A stretch of DNA of 64,000 bases. It comes from an uncultured delta proteobacterium. Lineage in GTDB: Bacteria; Desulfobacterota; Binatia; UBA9968. Position numbers and translations under genes: made by a program. The notes beneath the pieces are model-generated. The model did not search any database. It saw nothing but the letters and a program-made list of their open reading frames with translations, and had not been told where the DNA came from. The stretch is from contig CAVUZH010000022.1 in the NCBI GenBank assembly GCA_963745835.1, positions 384,001-448,000 of the forward strand, in the 5' to 3' direction. Below, piece after piece: positions 51,060-61,259 of the stretch (within the stretch, counting starts at the first letter, position 1; each line of letters opens with the position of its first letter).

Positions 51060-51530
51060 TTATGCCAGGCGAAACTCCGCAATCGAGGCGTGAGCTGCCG
51101 ATCCTCTGAGATCGGGAACGATACTGAGCTCCAATTCGGCGCAGCTGTCGAGATTAACCTTGTAATCTTCAATCTCTCTGCTGGTGGTTGGGGGGCTAAA
51201 GTTGTATTGCTGTCGCACGATCTCGCGATAAGGCTGGCCGCCACCCGAGCACCATCGCAGCGTATACTCCTGCAGCCGTTCCTCCTCATGCTCATCGAAC
51301 ACCAGATGAATCAGCCGGAGATTCTGCGGCTCGTCGAACATCAGGCGAACAATCTGCTGCCCCGGCGCTGCCGCGCGCCAACCGGGCGAGGCGACCGGCA
51401 ACAGCGCCGATTCGATCGGATGCTCTGCTTCTTCAGAGGACACTTCGACCTGCGCAAGGGATTCCAGGTCCAACCACGGTTTATCGAGAGGTAAGGAGTT
51501 TCTCTCACGGTTAACGATGTGCTTTCGCAT
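51060..51530 (-). CDS. Conserved hypothetical protein, galactose-binding-like/carbohydrate-binding fold
   Basis: GGAGGAG RBS; VEVSSE..HPIESAL..GWRAA.PG.Q, EIVRQQYNFSP. Confidence 0.72.
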   Translation of the reverse strand: MRKHIVNRERNSLPLDKPWLDLESLAQVEVSSEEAEHPIESALLPVASPGWRAAAPGQQIVRLMFDEPQNLRLIHLVFDEHEEERLQEYTLRWCSGGGQPYREIVRQQYNFSPPTTSREIEDYKVNLDSCAELELSIVPDLRGSAAHASIAEFRLA

Positions 51531-51850
51531 GGGCCTTCTCCTCCGCAGATAGTCTGCTGCGCGAATCCGGACGTGATCCGACAACCTAATTTAGCTTAAC
51601 ATTTTGGTCGCCGAGAAAAAGACCGGATGGTTATCTGATTTAAGGAAGTTTACCTTCCTTGTCCTAGGGGCGCGGTTGAATACTCTGGCATCTGTGGCCT
51701 CCTCCGCAAGAACGCCTCCGTCTCAAAATAGATACAGGGCGGATTTATAATTTGTGCCGTTCGCGCAATGCGGAGCAACTATCGTTGCTGCTGAAGATGT
51801 TTAAGCATCAACTCTGCTGCTTTTTCGACCTCTCAGTTCGGCATCCTAGA

Positions 51851-51865
51851 TGGCATCGCCATTGC
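51851..51865 (+). promoter_or_regulatory. Sigma-54 -24/-12 promoter
   Basis: TGGCATCGCCATTGC, about 98 nt upstream of ATG 51963. Confidence 0.72.
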
Positions 51866-51962
51866 GTATTAGGAATTTACCGCGTCTTCGATTTACTTGA
51901 TTTAAAGTTTCCGCCGCAATCAGCTCCTAGCATCGTTGTCGGCGCTTTTATAAGGATCCCGA

Positions 51963-53069
51963 ATGAAAATCGCCCAGGTCGCGCCTCTCTATGAAAGTGT
52001 GCCGCCACGAACTTACGGCGGTACTGAGCGCATCGTTTCCTATCTTACCGAGGAATTGGTGGCGCAGGGACACGAGGTCACGCTCTTCGCCAGCGGCGAT
52101 TCGGTCACCGCGGCGCAACTTATAGCGGCGCGCAAGCGTGCCTTGCGGCTCGACAATGTATTTGATCCGCTACCTCATCATTACGTCATGCTCGAAGAGG
52201 TATTCGAGAGGGCGTCTCGGTTCGACATTATTCACTTTCATACCGATTACCTTCATTTCCCGCTTGCCCGGCGGCACCCAATTCCGCACCTGACAACCCT
52301 TCATGGCCGACTCGATATTGCCGACCTGATGCCCGTGTACAAAAAGTTTAGCGAAATGCCGGTTGTGTCGATCTCGAATGCGCAACGCAAACCTCTTCCG
52401 CGCGCCAACTGGCAACAGACGATTTATCATGGCTTGCCTCTGGAGCTTTATGATTGCGGTGAGAAACCCGGGGATTATCTCGCGTTCATTGGACGAATCT
52501 CACCGGAAAAGCGGCTCGATCGCGCAATCGAAATCGCCGCTCGTTCGGGCATGAGACTTCGCATCGCCGCCAAAACCGATGCCGCCGATCATGATTACAT
52601 GGAGCAGGTGATCAGACCCATCCTGAGCAATTCGTCGGCGGAGTTCATCGGCGAGATCGGCGACAAGGACAAAAAAGGATTTCTCGCGAATGCTTATGCC
52701 TTGCTATTTCCGATCGATTGGCCGGAACCGTTCGGCCTGGTGATTATCGAGGCGATGGCATGCGGCACTCCGATTATCGCCTATCGCTGTGGCTCGGTAC
52801 CGGAGTTGATCCAGGATGGAATCACGGGTTACATCGTCGATGACATCGAAGGTGCCCTTCACGCGCTTCGTAAGATTCCAGCTTTTGACCGCCGGCGCTG
52901 CCGCCGGGTTTTCGAAGAACGTTTTAGCGCGTCTCGCATGGCGCAAGATTACCTGAATGTCTACCGCCGCGTAATCAAAGCTTCAGCTGATCACGATGCT
53001 CGCATCGCCCTGGCGGCGCTCGACTCCGATCCCCTGGAACGTGCGATCAACTACCAGGTCGAGAAGTGA
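51963..53069 (+). CDS. Glycosyltransferase family 4
   Basis: VPPRTYGGTE, GRISPEK, WPEPFGLVIIEAMACGTP. Confidence 0.92.
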   Translation: MKIAQVAPLYESVPPRTYGGTERIVSYLTEELVAQGHEVTLFASGDSVTAAQLIAARKRALRLDNVFDPLPHHYVMLEEVFERASRFDIIHFHTDYLHFPLARRHPIPHLTTLHGRLDIADLMPVYKKFSEMPVVSISNAQRKPLPRANWQQTIYHGLPLELYDCGEKPGDYLAFIGRISPEKRLDRAIEIAARSGMRLRIAAKTDAADHDYMEQVIRPILSNSSAEFIGEIGDKDKKGFLANAYALLFPIDWPEPFGLVIIEAMACGTPIIAYRCGSVPELIQDGITGYIVDDIEGALHALRKIPAFDRRRCRRVFEERFSASRMAQDYLNVYRRVIKASADHDARIALAALDSDPLERAINYQVEK

Positions 53070-55133
53070 CGAATCGACCCGCAGGTTCTTCAGATATATC
53101 TGATTGATGCACTCAGGCAGCACAGGCGAATCGAAGTGAACCTTGCCCTCGCTCGCGTGAACCGAAAGTCCCAAACACGCTTGCAGCATTAGGAACACCG
53201 AGCCCGCCGCCCATGCCTGGGGAGCGCAGGCAACCGGATAGAGAGTCGGCCCTTCGCCTTCGCGTCTCTGAAATCCACAGAAAAGCTCGGGCAATCGATG
53301 CATTTCGAAATAGAGACTGGCCTCGAAGAGTCCGGTGATCACCTTGGATATCGGCTCTTTCAACCCATAGCGAGCAAAGCCGGCAGCGATCACCGCATTA
53401 TCGTGCGGCCAAACCGATCCATTATGGTAGGACATCGGGTTGTAACGCACTTCGTTGGTCGACAATGTCCGAATTCCCCAGCCGGAAAACAAATCCTCGC
53501 TCATCAACGTTTTTGCGGTACGCTCGGCGTACTCATCAGTAGCGATACCGGCAAACAGACAATGGCCGGCATTCGATGCTCGCACCTTGCAAGGACGCTT
53601 TTGTTGGTCGAGGGCCAATGCGTAGGTTGAAAGCTCGTCACACCAGAACACTCGGTTAAATTGTTCTTTGAGTAGCTCCGCCTCGCTAACAAGCCTCACG
53701 GCTTCGTCGCTATCGTCGAGGAGCGTCGCGATTGCTGCTGCCGCAAGTTTGGCGGCATACACGTAGCCCTGAACCTCGCACAGAGCTAGCGGCGCCTGGA
53801 TAAGAGTTCCGTCTTGATGGAAAACAGAGTCCCAGGAGTCTTTCCAGCCTTGTTGCACCAGACCATGCGATGAGCGATGCAAAGTTTCGACAAAGCCGTC
53901 GCCGTCAACGTCGCCGTATTCTTTAATCCAATGCAGCGCGCGCTTGACGCGCGGCCAGATCCAGCGAGCAAATTCAACATCGTTGGTGCGAGCGACATAA
54001 GCACCCGCCAGCATAACAAACAAGGGCGTGCTGTCAGTGCTGCCGTAGTAGCGATCAAAAGGAATTTCACCCAAGCTGGCCATTTCTCCGCGGCGCATTT
54101 CGTGCAGAATCTTTCCGGGTTCGGCGTCGCGCTCGGAGATAATTTCCGTCGCTTGCGTCTCCGCCAGGCAACTCAGCACGCCGCGCGCGACTCGGGGGAA
54201 AATCCACAAGAGCTCCCATGATGTCAAAATTCCGTCTCGGCCGAATACTGTGCTGAACCACGGCACTCCCGCGTACGGGTAGAAACCTTGGCTGTCGGTA
54301 ATCATCATGTGAATATCCGCATAGGAGCGGTCGAGCCAGCCGTTGAACTCATGATTGGAGGTGCGGATTTGGCACTCCTCCGTCTTGTATGCGGTTAACG
54401 CTTGCTCCGCCTGTTTTAACGCCAGCTCCACGGGGCGGCGAGCCGGTACTGGGCCATTCGATTTGCACGCATAGGAGATTAAAAACGCCTCCTGCTTTTT
54501 AGGATCGAGAACTCTGTGGAACGATGCTTGCCCCGGCGACAGCTTCTCCGGGGCTGGAGAAAACTCGATGATCGTTTGGCGAACAATGTCATCCAGCCCA
54601 CGATAACTTAGGGTGACCCGGTTGCCATCGATCTCGTCCTCCAGACGCGTCCCCCGTTTTTCCCTTTTGACGCCACGCACTTCGAAAATGTCTGCAAAAT
54701 CCGCGTCGAAGCGAATCGCAAAAGAAATCGCGATGGGCAACAGGCTATAGTTGACCAGTTGCAGCCGTTCATAACAGACTGCCTGCCAGATGAATTTCGA
54801 GCGATAAAGATGCAAATCACCGCGGCGCAGCGCGATCGTGCCGTCGACGTAAACATCGGGATTGGTCGAATCGACGGTGAAGAGAATATTGTCTTCTTTG
54901 ATCATCGAGCTCAGGAGAAAGGGGCGGATGTTTCCCATGCGAAGTTCAAGATACGAGAGGAACCGTGTTCCCTCGTGATAGATTCCTTGTTCGCCTAAGC
55001 CATACTGAAGAATATCGCCGTAGCGGTCGAAAATCCCAAAGCTCTCGCCCATCTTTAAGACTCGGGACTCCTCTGCAGCGGATGCTGTCGCGAGGATGTA
55101 GAATTCATCGGGCAAGCGAATAATTTCGTTCAT
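52983..55133 (-). CDS. Amylo-alpha-1,6-glucosidase / glycogen-debranching-like six-hairpin glycosidase
   Basis: DFADIFEVRG, AGVPWFSTVFGRD, EPGKILHE, QGWKDS, YHNGSVWPHDN, LPELFCG. Confidence 0.9.
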   Translation of the reverse strand: MNEIIRLPDEFYILATASAAEESRVLKMGESFGIFDRYGDILQYGLGEQGIYHEGTRFLSYLELRMGNIRPFLLSSMIKEDNILFTVDSTNPDVYVDGTIALRRGDLHLYRSKFIWQAVCYERLQLVNYSLLPIAISFAIRFDADFADIFEVRGVKREKRGTRLEDEIDGNRVTLSYRGLDDIVRQTIIEFSPAPEKLSPGQASFHRVLDPKKQEAFLISYACKSNGPVPARRPVELALKQAEQALTAYKTEECQIRTSNHEFNGWLDRSYADIHMMITDSQGFYPYAGVPWFSTVFGRDGILTSWELLWIFPRVARGVLSCLAETQATEIISERDAEPGKILHEMRRGEMASLGEIPFDRYYGSTDSTPLFVMLAGAYVARTNDVEFARWIWPRVKRALHWIKEYGDVDGDGFVETLHRSSHGLVQQGWKDSWDSVFHQDGTLIQAPLALCEVQGYVYAAKLAAAAIATLLDDSDEAVRLVSEAELLKEQFNRVFWCDELSTYALALDQQKRPCKVRASNAGHCLFAGIATDEYAERTAKTLMSEDLFSGWGIRTLSTNEVRYNPMSYHNGSVWPHDNAVIAAGFARYGLKEPISKVITGLFEASLYFEMHRLPELFCGFQRREGEGPTLYPVACAPQAWAAGSVFLMLQACLGLSVHASEGKVHFDSPVLPECINQIYLKNLRVDSSLLDLVVDRTFQGIGVERRQGDASIVIS

Positions 55134-55237
55134 ACTCTCAGGTCCTTCCAATGGCCAACTGCAGAGATGTTTGAAATGCTCCCATGCATCCCCTATTCTA
55201 GAAGTATGCAACCGAGATACTCGGAGGAAATGGAAAC

Positions 55238-56677
55238 ATGCGCTACCTCGCTTTAGCCTGTGATTACGATGGAACTCTGGCTAGCGATGGTCAAGTCTCG
55301 ATCGGCACATTAGCGGCCCTGCAACGATTCATAGCATCGGGCCGGAAGCTGATCCTCGTCACTGGGCGTGAGTTAGAAGATCTTCTCTCGGTATTTCCTC
55401 ATTATACTATTTTTGAACGAGTTGTCGCCGAAAATGGTGTTTTGCTGTATCACCCGGCAACTGGCGAGAAAAAACCTCTAGCGAGTCCACCACCCGCAAA
55501 GTTCGTGGCGCGTCTTCGGGAACGAGGCGTGCCGATTTCCGTAGGCAATGTCATTCTCTCGACGCATCATCCGCATGAGACGTTGGTCCTCGATACCATT
55601 CGCGAGCTTGGGCTGGAGCTGCAGTTGATCTTCAACAAAGGGGCGGTGATGATCCTGCCTTCGGGCACGAGCAAGGCCACCGGACTCGCCGCCGCTCTGA
55701 AGGAGATGGGTTTGTCGCCGCACAACGTTGTGGCGGTGGGAGACGCAGAAAACGACCATGCTCTTCTGGCGCTTTGTGAATGTTCTGTCGCCGTCGCTAA
55801 TGCGCTGCCGATGTTGCAGGAAAAGGCGGATTTCGTTACCGAGGCTGCCAATGGCAAAGGCACCGCAGAGCTAATCAACGAAATTATTGTTAGCGATCTT
55901 CGTGATCGCGACACGGCGTTGACCAGGCATCATTTGCTGCTGGGCACTGCGGCTGATGGCAGGCAAATTGGCATTTCACCGTTTGCGTCAAACATTTTAG
56001 TCGCCGGTTCATCTGATGATCAGAGACGAAACGTTGCCACCGTGTTTATCGAGATTCTTTGCAAACAACGGTATCAGTACTGCCTGCTTGATCCGCGCGG
56101 CGCTTTCGAGGGGGTGCCCAACGCAATCGTGCTCGGCCGTCATAAACGAGCGCCGACGGTGGATGAAGTCATCCGTCTTCTGAAGGATCCAGCGGAGAAT
56201 GCGATTATCAATTTAAGCGGCGTAAGCATGCGCCAGCGAAGCTCCTTCGTTCAAGAGCTGTTCGCCCGGCTTCAACAACTTCGCGCCAGGACCGGCCATC
56301 CTCATTGGATCGTTGTCGATGAAGCGCAGGATGTCCTATCCAGATCGTGGCAACCCGCGCCGCTGGATATTCCTTCTCAGTTTGAAGGAATGATGTGCGT
56401 GACCGGTAATCCCGCCGCCGTCGCGCGCTCCTTCCGGGCATGTGTGAATATCGTATTGGCGCTCGATCCCTCGGGCGCGGCGGCTGCGTTCGGTCAACTC
56501 CCAGGGTTGTCGCAAGCCGGAATGTTCGAGATCCCCGCCATTCCAGCGAACACCGGCGAGGCGATCATCTGGTTACGTAATGCAGGTGCTCCTTTTAGAA
56601 TCAGATTAGGGTCGGAAAAAGATCGCAGCCACAGTTCGCCCTCCGGCACTGCCACGATGCCCCAACGCGTTAGTTGA
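55238..56677 (+). CDS. HAD-IIB hydrolase fused to a degenerate P-loop ATPase-like domain
   Basis: DYDGTL, VTGR, ENG, K..GL, GDAEND; later LLDPRG and WIVVDEAQ. Confidence 0.85.
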   Translation: MRYLALACDYDGTLASDGQVSIGTLAALQRFIASGRKLILVTGRELEDLLSVFPHYTIFERVVAENGVLLYHPATGEKKPLASPPPAKFVARLRERGVPISVGNVILSTHHPHETLVLDTIRELGLELQLIFNKGAVMILPSGTSKATGLAAALKEMGLSPHNVVAVGDAENDHALLALCECSVAVANALPMLQEKADFVTEAANGKGTAELINEIIVSDLRDRDTALTRHHLLLGTAADGRQIGISPFASNILVAGSSDDQRRNVATVFIEILCKQRYQYCLLDPRGAFEGVPNAIVLGRHKRAPTVDEVIRLLKDPAENAIINLSGVSMRQRSSFVQELFARLQQLRARTGHPHWIVVDEAQDVLSRSWQPAPLDIPSQFEGMMCVTGNPAAVARSFRACVNIVLALDPSGAAAAFGQLPGLSQAGMFEIPAIPANTGEAIIWLRNAGAPFRIRLGSEKDRSHSSPSGTATMPQRVS

Positions 56678-56869
56678 TTGCCTGTCCGTGCGAATATGTT
56701 CGCTAATCCGCAACGATAAAAAGTCGCCCGAACACCACGCTCTGCGTTGAACCCTTTGCCGTCTCAGAGTTAAGACTGAGATCCTCACCTTTGCGCCGAT
56801 CGTAAGATCGGCCTGTTGGCGGCTTGGGAATATCTCCAAGCAATCAATGTCGCGCCCGCGATTTGATGC

Positions 56870-56884
56870 TGGTATGTGTTTTGC
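56870..56884 (+). promoter_or_regulatory. Sigma-54 -24/-12 promoter
   Basis: TGGTATGTGTTTTGC, about 96 nt upstream of ATG 56980. Confidence 0.6.
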
Positions 56885-56979
56885 TCTACTTACACACATA
56901 CTGCTCTGCAAGGCAAAATTAGTAAACGTGTCGACTCGATTATCTTCACTAAACGTCAGCAAACTGAAGGAGGCTATTC

Positions 56980-57282
56980 ATGGAGAATTATGAAGGAGCT
57001 TTTGGCGGGCAATCGCAACAGCCCACCAGGACTGAGGATCAGTTTACAAAATCGGTGGAAAAATATACCGCCGCGATACCGTCTTCCGCTTTCTTAGGAG
57101 TCGCGCTCGGGGCGATGGCGCTGTCACTGGCGATGCAGATCGGCGGTCAGGGCAAGTGGGGGAACTTCATCGGACAGTGGGTTCCCACCTGGTTGATCAT
57201 CGGACTCTATAACAAGCTGGTGAAGCTTGAGGGTCATGATCAGAGCGATCGAGGTGATGGCTATTCGCGCTACAGCAGCTAA
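56980..57282 (+). CDS. Conserved small membrane protein
   Basis: AAGGAGG RBS; TAAIPS..FL..FIGQWVPT..GLYNKLVK. Confidence 0.78.
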   Translation: MENYEGAFGGQSQQPTRTEDQFTKSVEKYTAAIPSSAFLGVALGAMALSLAMQIGGQGKWGNFIGQWVPTWLIIGLYNKLVKLEGHDQSDRGDGYSRYSS

Positions 57283-57441
57283 GCCGCTACTGATATCAAG
57301 CGGCTCGGCCCGTCGTAGGGGCCGGGCCGCAAAACACTCGAGTACAACTCTGACCATGCACGATAAACTTCGCATCGGTGATCACGCGTCCTCCTCTCAT
57401 AGAGCCGATAACGCGAATTCTCTGGCAGAGTCTCTACCACG

Positions 57442-58590
57442 ATGAAAGCCGATCTCGCCTTGAACCGGAAGCGGCCAGCAAGGCGGCTTGGCGCGATCGT
57501 GTCTCCGGATCCAGTCGAGTCAGCCAAGGCTGCGAGCCTGCGCTACGTTACAGATGATCAGCCAGGTATTTCCCGGCGAAGAAGCGGCGCAGCCTTCCAA
57601 TACATTGATCCCTCAGGCAAAGTCATCCGTGATCCGGAAGAATTGCAACGCATCAAATCTTTGGCGATACCGCCGGCCTGGCGTGAGGTTTGGATCTGTC
57701 CGATACGCAATGGCCACCTGCAAGCGACCGGGCGCGATGCTAAGGGCAGAAAACAGCATCGTTATCACCCCCGCTGGCGCGAGATCAGAGATGAAAACAA
57801 ATATGGTCGTATTCTGGCTTTCGCGAAAGCTCTGCCGCTCATTCGTCAAAGAGTCGACAACGACCTTCGGCTGCCCGGGCTCCCGCGCGATAAAATCCTC
57901 GCAACGGTGGTAAGGCTGCTCGAAACCAGCCACATTCGTGTCGGCAACGAGGAGTACGCTCGGCAAAATAAATCTTTTGGCCTGGCAACCCTGAGGAATC
58001 GCCACGTCAATGTCTCCGGTTCGACGATCAGTTTCGAGTTTCGCGGCAAGAGCGGCGTCGAGCATGCGTTGGATATCAATGATCGTCGCTTGGCAAAGAT
58101 CATCAAGCGCTGCCAGGATCTGCCGGGTTATGAGCTGTTTCAGTACATCGACGATGTTGGCGAGCGTCGCACCATCGACTCCACCGATGTTAACGAGTAC
58201 ATCCGCCAGATTGCCGGTGAAGAATTCAGCACTAAGGATTTCCGCACCTGGGCCGGAACGGTGTTGGCCGCACGAGCATTGCAGGAGTTCCAAAGCGCTG
58301 CGTCTGATGCGGAAAGCAAACGCAATATAGTTCAAGCGATTGAATCCGTCGCCAAGAAACTGGGCAATACCAAAGCGGTGTGCCGGAAATGCTATATTCA
58401 CCCGGCGGTGATTCAGTCCTATTCCGATGGAACTCTGTTGCGCGCTTTACGCCGGCGGCTCAAAAAGGAAATCAACGACTCGCATGAACTCGAACCGGAA
58501 GAGGCCGCTGTGCTGAGGCTGCTGAAGGCTGGAGTTACCTCGGATAGTAAAGCAGCGCAAAAATGCTCAGCCAATGGAGCGAGAGGCTAG
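57442..58590 (+). CDS. DNA topoisomerase IB (bacterial/poxvirus type)
   Basis: IPPAW, GRDAKGRKQ.RYH, RVGNEEY, FRGKSG, KDFRTW, LGNT.AVCRKCY (catalytic Tyr). Confidence 0.95.
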   Translation: MKADLALNRKRPARRLGAIVSPDPVESAKAASLRYVTDDQPGISRRRSGAAFQYIDPSGKVIRDPEELQRIKSLAIPPAWREVWICPIRNGHLQATGRDAKGRKQHRYHPRWREIRDENKYGRILAFAKALPLIRQRVDNDLRLPGLPRDKILATVVRLLETSHIRVGNEEYARQNKSFGLATLRNRHVNVSGSTISFEFRGKSGVEHALDINDRRLAKIIKRCQDLPGYELFQYIDDVGERRTIDSTDVNEYIRQIAGEEFSTKDFRTWAGTVLAARALQEFQSAASDAESKRNIVQAIESVAKKLGNTKAVCRKCYIHPAVIQSYSDGTLLRALRRRLKKEINDSHELEPEEAAVLRLLKAGVTSDSKAAQKCSANGARG

Positions 58591-58633
58591 CGCTCGATTT
58601 GCGCAGCAAAGTGATGATAGATAACCGCATGAG

Positions 58634-60256
58634 ATGATTCCGTCCGCACCGATTGTTTCAGCAGCACACCCCGAAGCCACCTGGTGGCAAAAGGGTTCGA
58701 TCTATCAAATTTATCCGCTGTCATTCAAAGACAGCAATGGTGACGGCAGCGGTGACCTGCGCGGAATTATCATTCGGCTTGATTACTGCCGCTGGCTCGG
58801 GATCAATGCGGTCTGGCTATCGCCGATCTATCCTTCGCCGATGATTGATTTCGGCTATGACATATCAAATTTCACCGATATTCATCCGCTGTTTGGCACC
58901 CTCAGTGATTTTGATGCGCTGGTCAGCGAGGCGCGGCGTTTAAACCTAAAAATCCTTTTGGATTACGTGCCCAATCACAGCTCGGACCAACACTCCTGGT
59001 TTCTCGAGTCCAGGTCGTCCCGGAACAATCCCTACCGCGCCTGGTACATCTGGCGCGATCCAGCGCCCGGAGGCGGGCCGCCCAACAATTGGTTGAGCGC
59101 ATTCGGCGGCAGCGCTTGGGAGTGGGATGAAAACACCGGGCAATACTATTTGCATTCCTACCTTAAAGAGCAGCCCGATCTAAACTGGCGCAGTCCTGAC
59201 GTCGAGCAGGCGATGATCGACGTGCTGAGATTCTGGCTTGATCGAGGCGTCAGCGGTTTCCGAGTAGATTCAATCGCTCACTTGATGAAAGATACTCAGT
59301 TTCGAGACAACCCCTTGAATCCCGATTGGGACCCAGCCACCGGTCCGTATTTTCGCTATCTGCCGGTCCACTCGCGGGATCATCCGGACACCGCGAACGT
59401 CATCCGCCAGATACGGCAAGTCATCGATGGATACGAGGATTGCGTGATCATCGGTGAGGCCTACCTATCTTTGGAGCGCACGGTTGCCTATTACGCCGCC
59501 GGAGTCCATCTGCCTTTTAACTTTGCCTTGATCACCAGTCCCTGGACCGCTCGCGAGGTGCATCGCATAATCACAACTTACGAGTCACTGCTCGGACCTG
59601 ATCAGTGGCCCAATTGGGTGCTGGGAAATCATGACCGTCACCGGATTGCCACTCGCGTCGGCAGGGCTCAGGCGCGCGTAGCGGCAATGCTTCTGCTCAC
59701 CTTGCGTGGCACACCGACGCTTTATTACGGTGATGAAATTGCGATGCTGGATGTTTCGATACCGGCTGAGCTGGTCAAGGATCCCTGGGAATTAAACGTT
59801 CCTTCCCTCGGCTTGGGGCGAGATCCCGAGCGCTCACCGATGCAATGGGATTCGACCAATCACGCTGGCTTCAGCACCGCCATTCCGTGGTTGCCGGTGG
59901 CCAGTGATTTCAATCGCTTCAACGTTGCCATCGAGAGTCAGGAAGCCGACTCAGTGCTCACTCTATTTCGCCGCTTGATCGCGCTTCGAACCGAAAAGCC
60001 GGCACTGCACAGCGGCTCCTATGGAGAACTTTTGTGCGAGGATCATGTGCTATGTTACAGCCGCCAGTCCGGGTCGGAGCGTTTTTTGATCGTGCTAAAT
60101 TTCACCGCGGAGCCTAAAATGTTTGAGCACCGCGGTCTCCACGGCAGAGTAATTCTAACCACCGCTCTCGATCGTAATAGTGAACCTGTTGGCGAAAAAC
60201 TTCGACTGCGCCCTGATGAAGGAGTCATTGTCGAAGTAGAACATCCAAACGTTTGA
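58634..60256 (+). CDS. GH13 alpha-glucosidase / oligo-1,6-glucosidase family
   Basis: YQIYP.SF.DSNGDG.GD, DYVPNH, QPDLNW, GFRVD, GE, NHD. Confidence 0.93.
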   Translation: MIPSAPIVSAAHPEATWWQKGSIYQIYPLSFKDSNGDGSGDLRGIIIRLDYCRWLGINAVWLSPIYPSPMIDFGYDISNFTDIHPLFGTLSDFDALVSEARRLNLKILLDYVPNHSSDQHSWFLESRSSRNNPYRAWYIWRDPAPGGGPPNNWLSAFGGSAWEWDENTGQYYLHSYLKEQPDLNWRSPDVEQAMIDVLRFWLDRGVSGFRVDSIAHLMKDTQFRDNPLNPDWDPATGPYFRYLPVHSRDHPDTANVIRQIRQVIDGYEDCVIIGEAYLSLERTVAYYAAGVHLPFNFALITSPWTAREVHRIITTYESLLGPDQWPNWVLGNHDRHRIATRVGRAQARVAAMLLLTLRGTPTLYYGDEIAMLDVSIPAELVKDPWELNVPSLGLGRDPERSPMQWDSTNHAGFSTAIPWLPVASDFNRFNVAIESQEADSVLTLFRRLIALRTEKPALHSGSYGELLCEDHVLCYSRQSGSERFLIVLNFTAEPKMFEHRGLHGRVILTTALDRNSEPVGEKLRLRPDEGVIVEVEHPNV

Positions 60257-60436
60257 GCAATCCCCTAATCCAAACGCACCGATGGGCAAGCTCGCGTGCT
60301 CTGATCATCTACGGCAAACTTCTCGGCATGCGTCGCGCTGCTCTCAGAGTTCGGCATTTGCAACCCTCGGACTGCCGCTCGGTTCGCTGTCCCAGTTTTG
60401 CTAAAACTGGTCGAGGAAAAACAGGCCATTCTCCCC

Positions 60437-60451
60437 TGGCATAGGCTTTGC
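60437..60451 (+). promoter_or_regulatory. Sigma-54 -24/-12 promoter, preceded by palindrome CCAGTTTT-gct-AAAACTGG (60392-60410)
   Basis: TGGCATAGGCTTTGC, about 76 nt upstream of GTG 60527. Confidence 0.72.
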
Positions 60452-60526
60452 GGCAGTGTGATCAGAACCGCCGCACCAACGATGTCCAGATTCTTTTTTA
60501 GGACAGGCCGTTACGGAGGTGTTCTT

Positions 60527-61231
60527 GTGCTTAGCAAGTCTCTATCCGGCGAACCCCTCATTATTCCTTTTGCGGATCGGCGTCAGGCAGGTAAGCAGCT
60601 CGCGACCCAACTAGCCGCCTATGCGAATCGTTCGGATGTTCTGGTGCTGGCCTTGCCGCGCGGCGGCGTGCCGGTAGCTTTTGAAGTCGCCAGCGCGCTT
60701 CGTGCTCCCTTGGATGTTTTTTTGGTGCGCAAGCTTGGCGTCCCAGGGCACGAAGAATTAGCCATGGGCGCGATCGCCACCGGTGGAGTTCGGGTCCTTA
60801 ATGAGGAAGTCACTAGCCGAATGCACATTCCGAGTTCGGCAATTGACGAGGTGGCCGGTCGCGAGGAGCAGGAGTTGAAACGCCGCGAACGGCTATACCG
60901 GGGAGATCAGCCACCCCCCAATGTACAAGGCCGGACGGTGATTCTCATCGATGACGGGCTGGCAACGGGAGCGACGATGCGCGCCGCCGCTACCGCGCTC
61001 CGGCAGATGCACCCGGCAAAGATCATTATCGCTGTGCCTGTCGCTGCTTCCGAGACCTGCGAGGAGTTTCGCAGCGAAGTCGATGACGTCATCTGCGTCG
61101 CGGTCCCCGAGCCGTTTATGGCCGTTGGGGCATGGTATTCGGACTTCTCGCAGACCAGCGACGATGAGGTTCGCGAGTTGCTGCGGAAAAACGTGTATAA
61201 CCAGCCGGACAATTCTCCACTGCTTTCGTGA
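60527..61231 (+). CDS. Phosphoribosyltransferase-like protein
   Basis: GGAGG then GTG; [40 protein letters not shown]. Confidence 0.9.
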   Translation: MLSKSLSGEPLIIPFADRRQAGKQLATQLAAYANRSDVLVLALPRGGVPVAFEVASALRAPLDVFLVRKLGVPGHEELAMGAIATGGVRVLNEEVTSRMHIPSSAIDEVAGREEQELKRRERLYRGDQPPPNVQGRTVILIDDGLATGATMRAAATALRQMHPAKIIIAVPVAASETCEEFRSEVDDVICVAVPEPFMAVGAWYSDFSQTSDDEVRELLRKNVYNQPDNSPLLS

Positions 61232-61259
61232 CGGGAGCTGTAAAAAGAAAAGAACTCGT

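Noticed and set aside
57442-58590. TopIB as a tyrosine recombinase, integrase or viral gene
   Set aside because: The motifs are those of bacterial TopIB; no att sites or mobile context seen.
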